From Somniosus microcephalus (lineage: Eukaryota), in NCBI GenBank assembly GCA_052327205.1, contig CM126218.1, forward strand, positions 38,440,001-38,504,000: DNA of 64,000 nt, in the 5' to 3' direction. The first letter of the stretch is position 1. Every line of letters begins with the position of its first letter. The position numbers were made by a program, and so were the translations under genes. The notes under the pieces were generated by a model, which did no database searches, was not told where the DNA came from, and was given only the letters and a program-made list of their open reading frames with translations. This document shows positions 41,601 through 54,560 of this stretch, piece after piece.

Positions 41601-43733
41601 CATGGAAATGGAGCGATGAATGTAAGCGGGCCTTTCAGAAGAGTAAAGACCTAATCACTTCAAGAGAAGTATTGGCTCACTACAACCCATCACTGCCGAT
41701 AAGACTGGCGTGTGATGCGTCTTCCTACGGCATTGGAGCGGTACTGTCACATAAATTCCTTGATGGTTCAGAGAGGCCGATAGCTTTTGCGTCACGCTCG
41801 TTAACTTCAGCCGAGCGTAACTACGCCCAGATTGACAGAGAGGCCCTCAGCCTGGTGTGGGGGGGTGAAGAAGTTCAATCACTACCTGCACGGTCAGAAA
41901 TTTACTCTACTAACTGATCATCAACCTCTTGTCTCCATTTTCAACCCTCAGAAGGGCGTCCCGATAATGATAGCACAACGGCTACAGAGGTGGTCCCTTT
42001 TCCGAGGGGCACACCAATATGACATCGCGTACAAAGGAACTAAACAGCATGGGAATGCTGATGGATTGTCGCGCCTACCGTTGCCGACGGTGGAAGAAGC
42101 AACTGCAGTGGATCCTGTGGAGATATTCCACTCGACCATAGTCCAATGTCTACCTGTGACGAATGCAAACATAGAAAAGGAAACACGAAATGACCCGACA
42201 CTCTCCAGGGTCTATGATTTAACGGTGAAGGGATGGCCAGCACATGGCGAACCACTGCTGCCAGCATTCTCGCCGAGAAGAGAACAGCTGTCAGTGTGCA
42301 GAGGAATCTTGATGTGTGGATCCAGAGTAGTAATTCCACCCAAATTGAAGGATAGAGTGCTCAATGAGCTTCATGAGGGTCATCTGGGAGGGGTAAAAAT
42401 AAAGAACTTAGCCAGAGCGTTTGTGTGGTGGCTGGGAATCGATAGAGAAATCGAAGAGATGACCAAGAGCTGTACAGGATGCCAGAAGGTCCAAAACGCC
42501 CCACCACAAGCCCCTCTACATCCATGGGAGTGGCCCTCATCTCCATGGCAAAGGGTGCACATTGATTTTGCTGGTCCATTTATGGACTCGATGTTTTTAA
42601 TTGCGGTGGATGCACATTCAAAGTGGCCAGAGGTAATAAAAATGTCCTCAACCACCACAGAAAAAACTATCACAGTCTTACGAACCATATTCGCCAGAAA
42701 TGGGCTGCCTGAACAGATTTGCTCCGACAATGGACCACAGTTTGTGTCTGAAGAGTTCCGGAGGTTCTTAAAGAACAATGGTGTTAAGCATTACACATCC
42801 GCCCCATATCATCCAGCCACCAATGGATTGGCTGAGAGGTTCGTTCAAACATTCAAGAAGGCTATCAAGGCAATGTGTAATGAAGACATACCCCTACAAC
42901 ACAAGGTGGATAACTTCTTGTTTGCCTACCGGAATGCGACACATGCGGTTACCAACCAAACTCCAGCCATGATGTTCTTCAATCGAAGACTACGATGCCG
43001 CTTGGATTTGGTTAAGCCAAACATCAGAAGTGATGTGGAGAACAGGCAGTTTCAGAATATGAATGAAAGGCCGACCAGGAGTTTTAAGATAGGTCAACCA
43101 GTTTTGGCCCAGGACTACCGCACAGAGAAATGGCAGCCAAGAACGATCTGCACACGGCAAGGACCTCTAATGTATACCGTGGACGTTGGAGAGAGCATTG
43201 TAAGACGCCATGCTGACCAGATTCTAGAGTCACTGGAAAACGTCAATTCCACACCACGATCCGATACACCTGGTGATGAAACCGAAGTACCAATTGCATC
43301 TACCTCAGAATCGGTGATATTGGAAGCAGACGAACCAAACAACGACGTTGATTCCGAATCAACTTTGCCAGAAGAACCTGATACCCCAAAGAGGCGTTAT
43401 CCAGACAGAATCAGGAAGCCTCCTCAAAGACTGAACTTATAATTGCTTAACTTCAGCTAATGTATATAGCAACTGTAATTGTAAATATGTTATTTAATTA
43501 TTAATCGAATGTTATGTACTGTTTAGCTAAAAGGGGAGGAATTGTAGTGTATGTACTTTGCAGAAGGAACTATATTCTGCAGCCCCTGTATACTGCAGTA
43601 CCAGTAGTGACCACCCCTGTATATAAGCCTGTGTAGTAACTTTGCATAGTAGTTCCAATTTTGTCTCCACTCAGTAAACACCTGTTGTAACCAACTCCTG
43701 CAGTCCGTGTCTCAATTACACACGGACATAATA
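38641..43733 (+). mobile_element. Full-length Ty3/Gypsy (Mag-like) LTR retrotransposon
   Basis: 191-bp LTRs at 38641-38831 and 43543-43733 (3 mismatches). PBS TGGCGACGAG at 38833-38842, PPT AAAAGGGGAGGA at 43529-43540, 5-bp TSD CTAAT/CTTAT. Domain order gag-PR-RT-RH-IN. Confidence 0.97.
39490..43442 (+). pseudogene. Frameshifted Gypsy gag-pol polyprotein
   Basis: Two CCHC knuckles, protease LDTGS, RT YLDD, RNase H LACDAS, integrase HHCC zinc finger and core (HIDFAGP, SDNGPQF, NGLAERF). Broken by about 4 frameshifts near 39600, 40510, 40715 and 41860. Confidence 0.93.
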
Positions 43734-46700
43734 CTTATGATGGAGGGAAAATCATTGATAATGCAGCTGAAGATATTTGGGCCTAGGAACATACCCTGCC
43801 ATTTTGATGATGGGGATGTTCATGGAGTCTCCACCTCCCATTAGTTGTTTAATTGTCCACCACCATTCACTACTGGATGCGGCAGGACTGCAGATCGAGG
43901 ATGTCCTCAGTGTAAAGATTGGATTTTGTCTCCATAAGGACTGTGCGGTGGTCACTCCTCTCAATACTGTCAAGGATAGGTGCTTCGATGACAGGTAGAT
44001 TGGTGAGGACGAGGTCAAGTAAGTTATTCCCTTGTACAGGTTGCGAGACTGTTGGCTTGTGGATAAGCAGGCCTGAATGCTTTCTGTTTTGTAAATTAAC
44101 TCGCCATTTCACTAAATTGATATGCATTCTCAGCAAGCATATAGGATTAAAGATATTTTCATCCCCATTTTCTGATAAAAATGACTTGCTGAACATACCC
44201 CATTCTGACTATTGAGAAGAACTGTTGCTAAGGTAACAGTAGATAATGAAGTAAAAAAAAATTGAAAATAAATGGAGTGACCTTGAAATGAGCTAGCTAC
44301 ATTTTGCTTCAACAACGTGATTCCTTTTCTCTAAAATAAAGGAAATAAACCCTTTAAATAAAAGGTAATTTTTAATAGATTGCTCACTACCACAATTTCT
44401 GATGTAGTGCTCACACTATGTACTATTTGGTTTGTGGCAAAAATCACTTTGTAACATAGTTTTTTTTCGTATTTTTCTTTACAGGCAATAATAGTTCTTA
44501 TTCTTCCTTCCTCAACTGGCAGCAAAGCTAACCTGCTTTTTCAAAGTATAAAATTACCCTACAATCTGTTTCTTGGGATGGCACCTGGCTATTGAGTTTT
44601 GTACTTTTAAAAAATTTCTTTAAAATTGTGAAGCTTTCAGTACCGATTTCTAAGCACTGCAGAAGTAAGAAATTGCAACAACCCCAGAGTGAAAGATTGG
44701 TGCATTAGATCTCAAGAGACTATAAGGTGTGAAAAGGCCATTTGGTTTATCAAGAAAACTTTGTACGTTCACTATAAATTTTCCCTCATGTGGACTCTAC
44801 ACAAATCCTCTTCCTGAGGGAGGAAATGACCAACCACTTGGAGAAGCTCCAAGATGGTAAAGCTCGATGAATTGCACCCTTGACTACCAAAGGTTTATCG
44901 AGCAAGACTCCCAAATATTATTCAAACCTCATAACTCACACTTCGAATGCTTAATGGTTGCTTTCCACAAATGATACTCTACAGAAACTAATTTTTACTG
45001 TGTCAAATGGTCCATCACTATCATATTGATCCAGCTCTTTTCTTGAAGAATTAAATCAACATAGCATTACCTACTTTTTGGTGCATGTATTCACCATTTC
45101 TACTAGTGTGTGGGGGAAATGCTTCAAGTTTCTAGGCTGGTTAATTTTGTCCTTGTGTTTTCTAGTTCTGCAGGTTATAGTTGCAGATTCTACAGAATGA
45201 TACAATTATACAGTAAAAGCAGAAGATGACAGGATTTTGTTCTGAGAGAAAAAAATATTGAATTTGGCATTTTCAAATGTTAAATATGGGGACATTCATT
45301 GTATTATCTAAAAGAAAAGCAGCAGCAATTCAAATGTTAGTAGCATTATGGATTATTGTTTTGTTATTCAGAACATCAGTCTTTTTATATCCATTGAATT
45401 GCTTTTTATAGCTAAACATGAGTGATACATATGCATGGAATAAGGGATGATATTCCCGAGAGAGAATAAACAAAAATACTACACCAATAATTCCGGATGA
45501 ATATAGCATTACAAAGATATAAATCAAAAGGAGGAGAAAAGTAACAAGGGCTGACTGGTGCCAATTGGTTTTATACTTGGAGCAGCACACCAATGAGGCG
45601 ATTTATTTTGTAGTTAAATGGCTGAGTGGAGCAGCAGGCAAGTCTCTGGATTATTACAGCACAGTTGACTACGATTAGAGGTATTGGCTCTCATTCTACA
45701 TTTTTTGTAGCATGTGCATTAATAAATATGGTACACTTGATGAATAGCACAATAATGACATGCACATTGTCCATGCAAAGGAACTAAAATCATGTGGACT
45801 GATCCTTTTGTAGTGTCTGTGCTATAGTTGTCCAAATTCAAGTCTTTCTGAGTAGTGAGTGGCACAGCAGTGATAGGTACCAATCAGCAAGAAACATGTA
45901 GTGAGATCGGATAAATGGATAACCATGGAAAAAGGACAGTATACAATCCCTGATTTACAACATCAGGGTAAAGCAACCATTCTTGATCAACAATGGCTAA
46001 TACGGTATTGTATAAGTAACACTGATGTAGACAATAAAGTTAGACTCTGGTGGATAAATGGTCATTACTGCACTAGAACTACGTAAAACAGTGATTATAT
46101 CGATCTGATCTGGCTCCATAAAGAGGGGAAGTTCCTTGAATCATTTAATTATACCTTCTTGGCTTTTGTTCAAAAGCTTAACCATAGCGATCTTAGAAAG
46201 TTTCATCTGGTGAAATCCCACAAGGGTGAATGCTTGGAGTTTCCATTCTAACACACTCTTAAGGGATTCCAAGGACTTTTGCAATCGCTTGAATTTTAGC
46301 TCTTCACACTGAATTCCTTCAGCTGACACACAGAGCGCAGCAACATTTCCTCTCTGTACAATCATTTCAAGATTTCTTACATTTTACCCCAAGGCTTTTA
46401 CATGCAGGGGTCAAGGGCTAACAACACTGCTTACTCACTGTAACTTTCATCAAGTAACAAAACAAACCAATATATTTGATAAAAAAGTCAAAAACATTAC
46501 TAATGGAATCATCATTAATTCCCCCTGAAAGAGACTAATCTAATTTAACCTCACCCTTAGTTCCTAGTTTAGATATGTATTTGCCCAATAGGTTAAATGA
46601 CTGAAATCAATAATTTGACTACTGCAACTTCCAAGAACTTATTATTTCTTAGACTGAGAATGAAATGGATATTTCCACTTGTAACTGGAATAAAATAGTT

Positions 46701-48639
46701 CTAAGGTAAGCAGTTTTATCTTGATGCTATTTGCCTGATATTTTCCTCAGTGTGTTAGTTCTCACAAACACGTAAGCACGTTTACAACCAATAATCATCA
46801 ATATTAGTGGACAGAGGAAACGATCTGGATTGATCAGTGCAGTTACCAAACTCAGATCATTCATGTCCTTCAGTCCCAAATGGCAGTGTACAGTGCACAG
46901 TGGCAGCTGTCCATTCAAGCAACAACAGGTGAGGTATTCTCTCAACAGCACCCTGACTGTTGATATCTCAAGGAGTGAACTATGCAGGTGTGAAACAGAA
47001 CTTTATGGCCAATAATCATGGTTTATACTTAGCCTTGGCTGTCTTGTGATGCAGGCATGGGTGGGGGTTGGGGGTGAAGGATAGCAGTATTTTCCAATTC
47101 TGAAGGCATTATGTTGCATTTCTATTGCTGTACTGAGAGATGTACATGCTCGGACTATTTGAATTACCACGTTACAAAACTTACCTCATTTCTCATTTAC
47201 TGATCTCCAAGATTTTAGAGCACACTTTCAGAATATATATATATATTATATATAGTATGCAGTTTCCAGGAGTGAGCTTGGTTCAGTGATAGCATTCCTG
47301 TCTTTGAATCAGGTTATGGGTTCGAGCCCCATTTCAGACAGCCCCGGCAAGTGGAGACAAGAGTTAGTATTTAGCGGTTTCAAGGTCTCTGAATACTGAA
47401 CTGACTTTTCACCATCTAGTGGGCTACTTATGTCCAATGGGAGCAGAGTTGCCCCCCCACCCCCAATCATCATAGCTCTGGCGAGCAGGAGACCAACCTC
47501 TGAATACTGGGGGTTGACCTCTGCGGGTACTTGCATCCAATGTGAGTGGAGTGACAATCCCCCATCACCTCCAGCCAGTCAGGCGACTGACTTGGCCACA
47601 TAAAAAATGGGTCTTCATTACAGAAACAACCCAGACCGTGATCTACTGGGTGTAAAAGCAGTGGAAGAAATGGGTTGCCTCATGTGCCGCAAGGCACGAA
47701 AGAGCAGATTATGATTTAGCAGTTTCAATATGACTATTGTGACCTTCAACTAATTCTCTTCTAGAGTTATTTGATTCCTAAACTAATTTTTTTTTAAAGA
47801 AAGAAAATGAGAAACCAGACTGTTATAGGCTAGCTGGAACGAGAATGCCTTTTCAGAGTGGGTGAACATTTTAGGCAGGACACTGCAGAGTTCAGGAGTA
47901 CAAGTGACTAAAATGGCGGTGCATTCGTAACACTTTGAGCAAATTGATTTCACTAACTATGGATTGGAGGGAATAGCAATTTTTGTTTTTTTTGCATAAA
48001 GATTTTTATAACTGATATAACTGTACTCATCATGCGTTGCAAATAGATATGGGTGGTTGATAATGGATTTCAAGCCAGCAGTTCAATCAAGCAGATCTGA
48101 CGACAATGTAAAACTTAAAAATATACCTTGAACAGCTTATGAACATTAGCCAACTTCCCACGACTTTTGCAATTTATTCCACAGTGACCTGAACCATGAT
48201 AACAACTGACAAAGTGCCAAACAGGTTACGGTTGTCATGGGTACATATGAAGTAAGTCCCCAGTCCAGATACCACATGGTCTTGATATGTATTCTATTTA
48301 ATGATATTTTACATTTTATGTTAAAATTATTTGGTTCACTGTAAATAATTTTATTTAAGGAGCTTGAGCAAACGTTAGTTTCCTGTTGCGATTAAGGTGA
48401 GAAGTAGTCCCCATCATAATGCTGATATATACGGTGTGGGAGTTCCACCAGCTGGCACACGCTTGAAATGGAATGACTGCACTCATGCACGTCGTCACAA
48501 CTTGATATCCAATCATTGCAGCTCGTAGGAGCCACCTGTTGGATAAATTCCATGTGCCATAAATTCTTTCCATGCATCCTTGCTGTAAGCAGGAAATCCT
48601 ATGACAGATATGGCAACATGCTGGCTACTTGGAGATCAC

Positions 48640-48925
48640 CAAGCCAAAGAAGGAGATATTAGGAGAAGTGACTAAATGTTTAGTCAGAGGTGGGTTTTAA
48701 GGAAGGTTTTAATGGAAGATAGGGCTTGGAGAGGCAGAGGTGTTTAGGGAGGGAAGTCGACGGCTGAAGGTATAGCCTCCAGTGATGGGGCAAAGGGAGT
48801 GCGGGATGCACAAGATGTCAGAGTTGGAGGAACGCAGAGTTCTCGGAGGGTTGTAGGGCTGAAAGAAGTTACAGAGATAGGGAGGAGTGAAGCCATGAAG
48901 GGATTTAAACATGAAGATGTGAATT
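48640..48925 (-). mobile_element. L2 3' fragment
   Basis: FKSLHGFTPPYLCN...YNPPRTLRSS, a typical L2 C-terminus. Confidence 0.75.
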
Positions 48926-51094
48926 AAGTTAGAAGATGGGTACTTGACGATAGTATTATTATATGTGCTGAAACTTTTCCAATCAGTATATGTTTAACAA
49001 TGTAAAACATAAAGGTTGGAATTTTTTCTTCTTTAAATTCCGAATATTCTCGTTTTTTTCGGAACGTTAATCGTGCTATTGCCAGTGGCTACGTTTTTGT
49101 AAATAGCTGCTGCTCATTAAAAAATTTAATGCATTAATTTTGTCCCCTCTGGCACACTGGAATGATTATTGACTTCAGCATGCTGCATCATTGATATGCC
49201 AAATCTAGAGAAAAGGCTTATTAAAAGCTGACGCTAATCATTATAGTGTGCCTGATACAATGCATGCAGAATGAAAAGCAAAACTGCAGAGGGCTCTTTC
49301 TCCCCGCTGTAATGCCTTTGCAAACAGGAATGGAAAAGCACAGCGGCTGGAAGTCATATCTGAGGAGAACATGTGACCCTCAACATAGTAATTTAAAAGG
49401 TACAACAGTTTGGCCATTAGTGGCCCTACCCCAATCAGTTGATGGACAGCCACTCATTCTCCTACTTCTATACATTGCACTAAAACTGTAGTGGTTTTGG
49501 CATTACACAATGAATCACGAATTCTGCCAATATTTACTGTATCTGTACCACTGACAGTGAGACGCAAACAACTTTATTTTCACCACAACGACAGGCTCAC
49601 TCTGTGGGTCTGCATGGATTGTTCACTTGTATCATGGGCATTCAGCCTCTTCAGTGCTGATAATGACTACACTGTTGTATTAGACAGACAACTTAAAGAC
49701 AGAATTCCACTACACCATTAATCTCTACTAGTACTTAACAGATACAATAAAGGAAACTGCTGAACTGATCATCTGTGTCCAAAATGCAAAGGTCCACTAG
49801 CTAGCTGCCAGTACCTTGTGTTCATTTGCAATTTATTGAGTCAGTGAGCAATCTGAAGTGAAGATACACTTCCTAAAATCTGCTGTGCACTTTGAGTTGA
49901 CAATATTTATCTCAGTTGTTGTCGATACACACAGCACTGCTATCTTTTATAGATGACAGAGACCAGTCTCAACTCTTTTTAACAGCTGAAGGGGAACAGG
50001 TATTTGTTCTAACAGAAAAGGCTGAAAATATTGAAGTGTGCAAGAGAAGAAGTGAGTAAATGCAGGCTAGTGACATCCTAAAAGGGACGAGAATTGATTT
50101 TTTGTAGATCTTTCAAACATCGAGGTGAGCTTCACTCTTAGATTGTATGAGAAGCTCAGCAAATAGAACAGAGAGTGATGCTCACAAACAAAAGGAAATG
50201 CTTATTAACCAAGAAGGGTGAAAGCACTCAAAGTGTTTTGAAGAAAGATAAAGACAGGCAAACGCCACTTAAAACTCTGAACCCTCTTCTTGTACAAAAT
50301 ATTCTCATCCCTCTGATTTCCCCAGCAAATGAAAGTTATTGGTCAGGTATATAGAGAGAAAAAATTGCAAAAAGGAATAATATTTCGAATTCAACATAAT
50401 GCTCTTCCCAGAGCACTGGAACAACTGATTATTTTTTCTTCAGTTGTTTAAATTTCTTATAAATTATTTCAAAGTCAGTGGTGATGAGGGAAGCACAGAA
50501 GGGATTCTCCTGTCCCACACACACACCATCTTCCAGAAAACAATCTCAATCAGCAAAACAGCAAAAGTCTTTTTAAGCACAATATCAACACCAACTTTTA
50601 CTTTAAAAATTATAAGCTTTAATTATAATGTGATTGGTCTGTTTTCTATTAACGTAGAACGCACAGAAGAAATGACATATCAGAATCATTGTGGAAATTT
50701 GATTTAAGGCAATGCTCTCAGTGTCAAATTGTTCTCTTAATCTAATTCGTGTTGCGCAGTGGCTGGAGTATGCAATGTTTCTCAGTTGGTCCAAGGACTT
50801 TTAATAACTATGGATTAATAAATGCATGAGGGCAAGTCCCTTATTTAATTTGGCAAATAATAAAAGATAAATAAAAAGTAATTGCTGAAGGATATAATAT
50901 TTACAGGTGCACATGTGAATACAATGATGCAAGTGGAAAGAAGTCCCTCAGCTTACTTCTACAATGTTATAACTGTTGCATATAACAATTAGATTACATT
51001 GGGATATAAGAAAATATGACAAGCTCAGAAGCTGGTGAGAGTACTGATGCTTTAGAGATGGGGTTAATTAAATGTAATTCCATAGCAAAGAGGA

Positions 51095-51215
51095 AAGAAA
51101 AAATTGCAAATGCTGGAAATTTGAAATAAAAACATAAGTGCTGGAAACGTACAGCAGGTCTGACAGTACCTGAAAAGAGAAGTTTGTTTTTTTCTGGTAG
51201 AAATTCTTCACCAAA
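51095..51215. repeat. Short interspersed repeat remnant, possibly Penelope-derived
   Basis: aaatgctggaaatttgaaataaaaac...tgctggaaa...cagcaggtc, a motif recalled as common in shark genomes. Confidence 0.4.
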
Positions 51216-53723
51216 ACCTATTTTTTTCTCATTATTGTGATTCACAAATGCAAGGAGACTGTCTCCAGTGCTCCAACTTTTGGAAGAATCTGTATCTGAT
51301 GATACCTCTTAATAAGTCTACTTAAAGGCATTTTTAAAGAGATATTAAACATGCTGCAAGGTAAACTTTTTCAATTTGATTTCCTTTATTGTAAGTAAGG
51401 GTGAAGTATCTGTACACGTCACCATGAAAATACCTCACCTTCAAGTTATTGAGGTGAGAAGCTGGTGTACATGGGTGGGTGGACAGAAGAAAAACAGCTG
51501 AACAGAAATAGTGTTCACCAAAGCAGGGAAGGGGAAGGGGAATTTAAAAATAAATTAAATCAACAGTTAGGAAATACTGTAATGTTGATACAATCCTGAT
51601 GTAATTTTCAAAATATTGATATATTAACAAACATTGTATAAACAATAAACTGAGGGATTTATTTCCAACTGCTTCAGGTCAGTAATTTTTTTTCACTTTT
51701 CTCCCCCCATAATAAAAAGTGCATCAACATTTCCTCTGGATCAATTAAGCCCTTTTGAAATGAGTCTCTGCACTCATGTCCCAAAATCCTAACTTTTTCT
51801 GTCAGCTAAAAAATGATTCACTTGAAGCAGGTGGAAAGAAATCAAGGGTTATGGATCAAAGATGGATACATGGATTGAGGAACAGATCAGCCATGATCTG
51901 ATTGAATTGTGGAACAGGCTCGAGAAGCTGAATGGCCTACTCATGTTCCAATGTTTATTGTCTTATATATAATATTATTACATCGGGATATATGAACATT
52001 ACAGTAACAATTTCTGAAATGTGTTCTTTGTTAAAAAAATATTTTAAATTACCCCTCTTCCCCTGCTAGAGGTGAACACTATTTCTGTTTTCATATTTCT
52101 CATGAAATTATTTTAACAATAAGAAATGTTAATTATCATAATGTAAATAAGAACCTATGAATGAAGTTCAAATATTTAGGAAACAGAATTTTGTGTTGTG
52201 TTTTTACGGAGCCAAATCTGATCATTGTAGTCAGCTACCCCTAATTTAAAAAAGAAAGCTGTCTTCATTTGTGTAACATAATGAACAGACCGCTTTCCAA
52301 AGTGACAAAACTTACCTTGGCAGAAACACTGCAAATTATTGTTAAATACACCAGCTATGAGTAACCTGAAAGGAATGGGTGACCAGACTGAGCTGAAGTG
52401 CAACTCATTGTCCAAAATCTCAACAGTTTACCTTCAGCATTTTTACCAACATAACAGCAAAACTGGGACATTATTGGTTCATCGCCTAAATATAATTAAC
52501 GCACAATTCTCTGCTGAGCTCTGAGCAGAGGCTATTGTGTAATGGGAGATGTTTCTTTCTGGTCAGTCTTATGGTTTGAAAGAATTGATAACGTATCAAG
52601 AAACATTGAAAATTACACGAAATGCACTGCAGACAGGAATAAACCACCACCATTTGAGAACCAATAACAAATATCCTTCCACTGTCATGATATAAATAAA
52701 CTGCAGAATTATAATTCTACCTTATCAACAAAATAAATACATGAAAATCAACCATACAATTCTGCATTAATCCAATTTACATCCATTTTAAAAATCAATC
52801 CTGGTTTTAGCTTAGTGGGTAGGAAAGATTATAATGTAGGCATTCTTTCAGTGATTGACACTCCCTGTAAGAAACAGCTAATTATAGCAGGTCTCCTAGT
52901 AACTACAATAATTGCTTTTCTCTCTAGCTGAAAATCACCACATATTTCTATGAGTGAAAATAAATTACAAAAATGACTTCTGTACAGCAGGTAGAAGAGC
53001 ATTTACTGTCCCTGTACAAGCACTTGACAAATGTACCTTCCTATGTGGCTCAGACAGGTAACTTCGACTCTGTTTTAATCACAAATCGTATTGATCAGAA
53101 TTGATCTTGGGTCATCAAAGTTCCATTTTTATGTAAATTCTTTGGCAAAATAAAAGTTTATAAGAGAAATTCTAAAATGTTACAACAATCTTTAAAACCT
53201 AAGAATTTTTGGCTATTGAAAATCTCTCATGTCTTACTGTTTTCATCACTGTACCTTTTTAGGTAGTTACAGACAGCAAAACTTTTAAGTGTGCACATTT
53301 ACTGAGAGTTCACTTTCAACTCTCCCACAGCTGTTAGAACTACCTTAATTATAGCATTCGCGTATGTATATTTACAAAAGAATTTCTTTTCAGAAACGAA
53401 ATAAGTGTTTTCTAGCCCCTATGGAGTGCAAGCAATGATACATAGTTACAAAACAAACACACACTCACACACACAGAAAAAGCTTCAAGATCCAACCAAA
53501 GCTTTCATGTTAGACTGCAGAAGCATATCAGTTATGCCGCAATGGAAACTGATAAATCCATCAGGGTTATTTATAGCCAAACTGATGCTTCCTTCTGTCC
53601 TTTTTGAATGGGTAGTTAGAGCTTTACAATATTAAATTTAATGGGCCACACAGGTCCACAGTTGCTGAGGCAACAGTACAACGGATGCAGGTCACAATAT
53701 AGTTGGACAGAGAAAAAGAGAAA

Positions 53724-53751
53724 GGGGGGTGGGGGGGGGGGGGGGGGAGGG
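53724..53751 (+). repeat. Poly-G tract
   Basis: ggggggtgggggggggggggggggaggg, about 75 nt into the intron after the SAM1 exon. Confidence 0.9.
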
Positions 53752-53823
53752 TGATAAGAAGTAGCATGGTTTTGAGAAAACATCAACTGTTCATGCGCAA
53801 AAATAAAACAGAAGGTAGCTTAC

Positions 53824-53930
53824 CATGAACTGGATGTTGTCAAATCCGTTTGCCAGCAGGTGGTTCTCATACTGGGGGAGTCCTATGCTCTCCAGCCACC
53901 GTCCCACAGTCTGAAATACAACTCTGGGTC
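53824..53930 (-). CDS. ANKS1B: ANKS1B SAM1 first exon (long-isoform acceptor)
   Basis: cctcttacag|GACCC ... TTCATG|gtaagc. 107 nt, phase 1 to 0. Encodes PRVVFQTVGRWLESIGLPQYENHLLANGFDNIQFM. Confidence 0.95.
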
Positions 53931-54024
53931 CTGTAAGAGGTTGAAGGGGAAGCCGCTTCAGTAGTGACATGCCATCAATCCGGTAATAGGGGCATTCCGA
54001 GGTTGAGAGGTGGCATTGCCACAT
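53824..54024 (-). CDS. ANKS1B: First coding exon of short AIDA-1 isoform (5' extension of the SAM1 exon)
   Basis: ATG at 54024 gives MWQCHLSTSECPYYRIDGMSLLKRLPLQPLTGPR, in frame with SAM1. It matches the recalled human short-isoform N-terminus MMWQCHLSAQDYRYYPVDGYSLLKRFPLHPLTGPR. Confidence 0.88.
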
Positions 54025-54560
54025 CGTATTCCTCGGAATGTGACTGTCGAATGAGCCCGCCAGCTTGATAGCTTTTGTGGTGCACAACTCTATTGTCAAT
54101 ATATTTCTCTGTAGCTTGCTTAAATGCTGGAACGCTTCTCACAGCCAGCAGGTATTAGAACAAGATGTGGGTCCAGCATGCCAAGGTGTCTATATATATG
54201 TATATGTATAGTACTCAGTCTAAAGAACACATCAGAGAGAGAATATTAAGAGCAGGCTGGTCCCTGAACGTGTGAATGTCGCAGTTCTCCACGGTAAGCA
54301 CTGCTCTGCCAGCAGCTAGGATTCTTTTTATCAAGTACTCCCACACTCATCAGTATGCTGTACCATGCTTCATGCTCCCCCCCCTCTCCTGTTCATTGCC
54401 CAGCCCAGGCTACACCTCACAGTCTCTATAAAGGCCATCAGAAAGCCAGATTTCTTTGTCTGCTAGCTGTAATTCTGCTGCTGATGCAGATGCTGATGCT
54501 GTTCCCTCCTACACACACATACAACCTTGAATGGTGAGTTCGGTTAAAACAAATGCAGGA
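54025..54560 (-). promoter_or_regulatory. Putative internal promoter / 5' UTR of the short AIDA-1 isoform
   Basis: Non-repetitive sequence directly upstream of the alternative ATG. The TSS cannot be located from sequence. Confidence 0.5.

Larger units (their letters stand above)
37750..44035 (-). mobile_element. Degenerate CR1/L2-clade LINE split by the Gypsy insertion (37750-38640 and 43734-44035)
   Basis: RT-like peptides LFIDDCTVF and YKAQVRIVMEYSPLAW, endonuclease-end peptide NNLLDLVLTN...SDH. The sequence is contiguous across the TSD. Confidence 0.8.
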
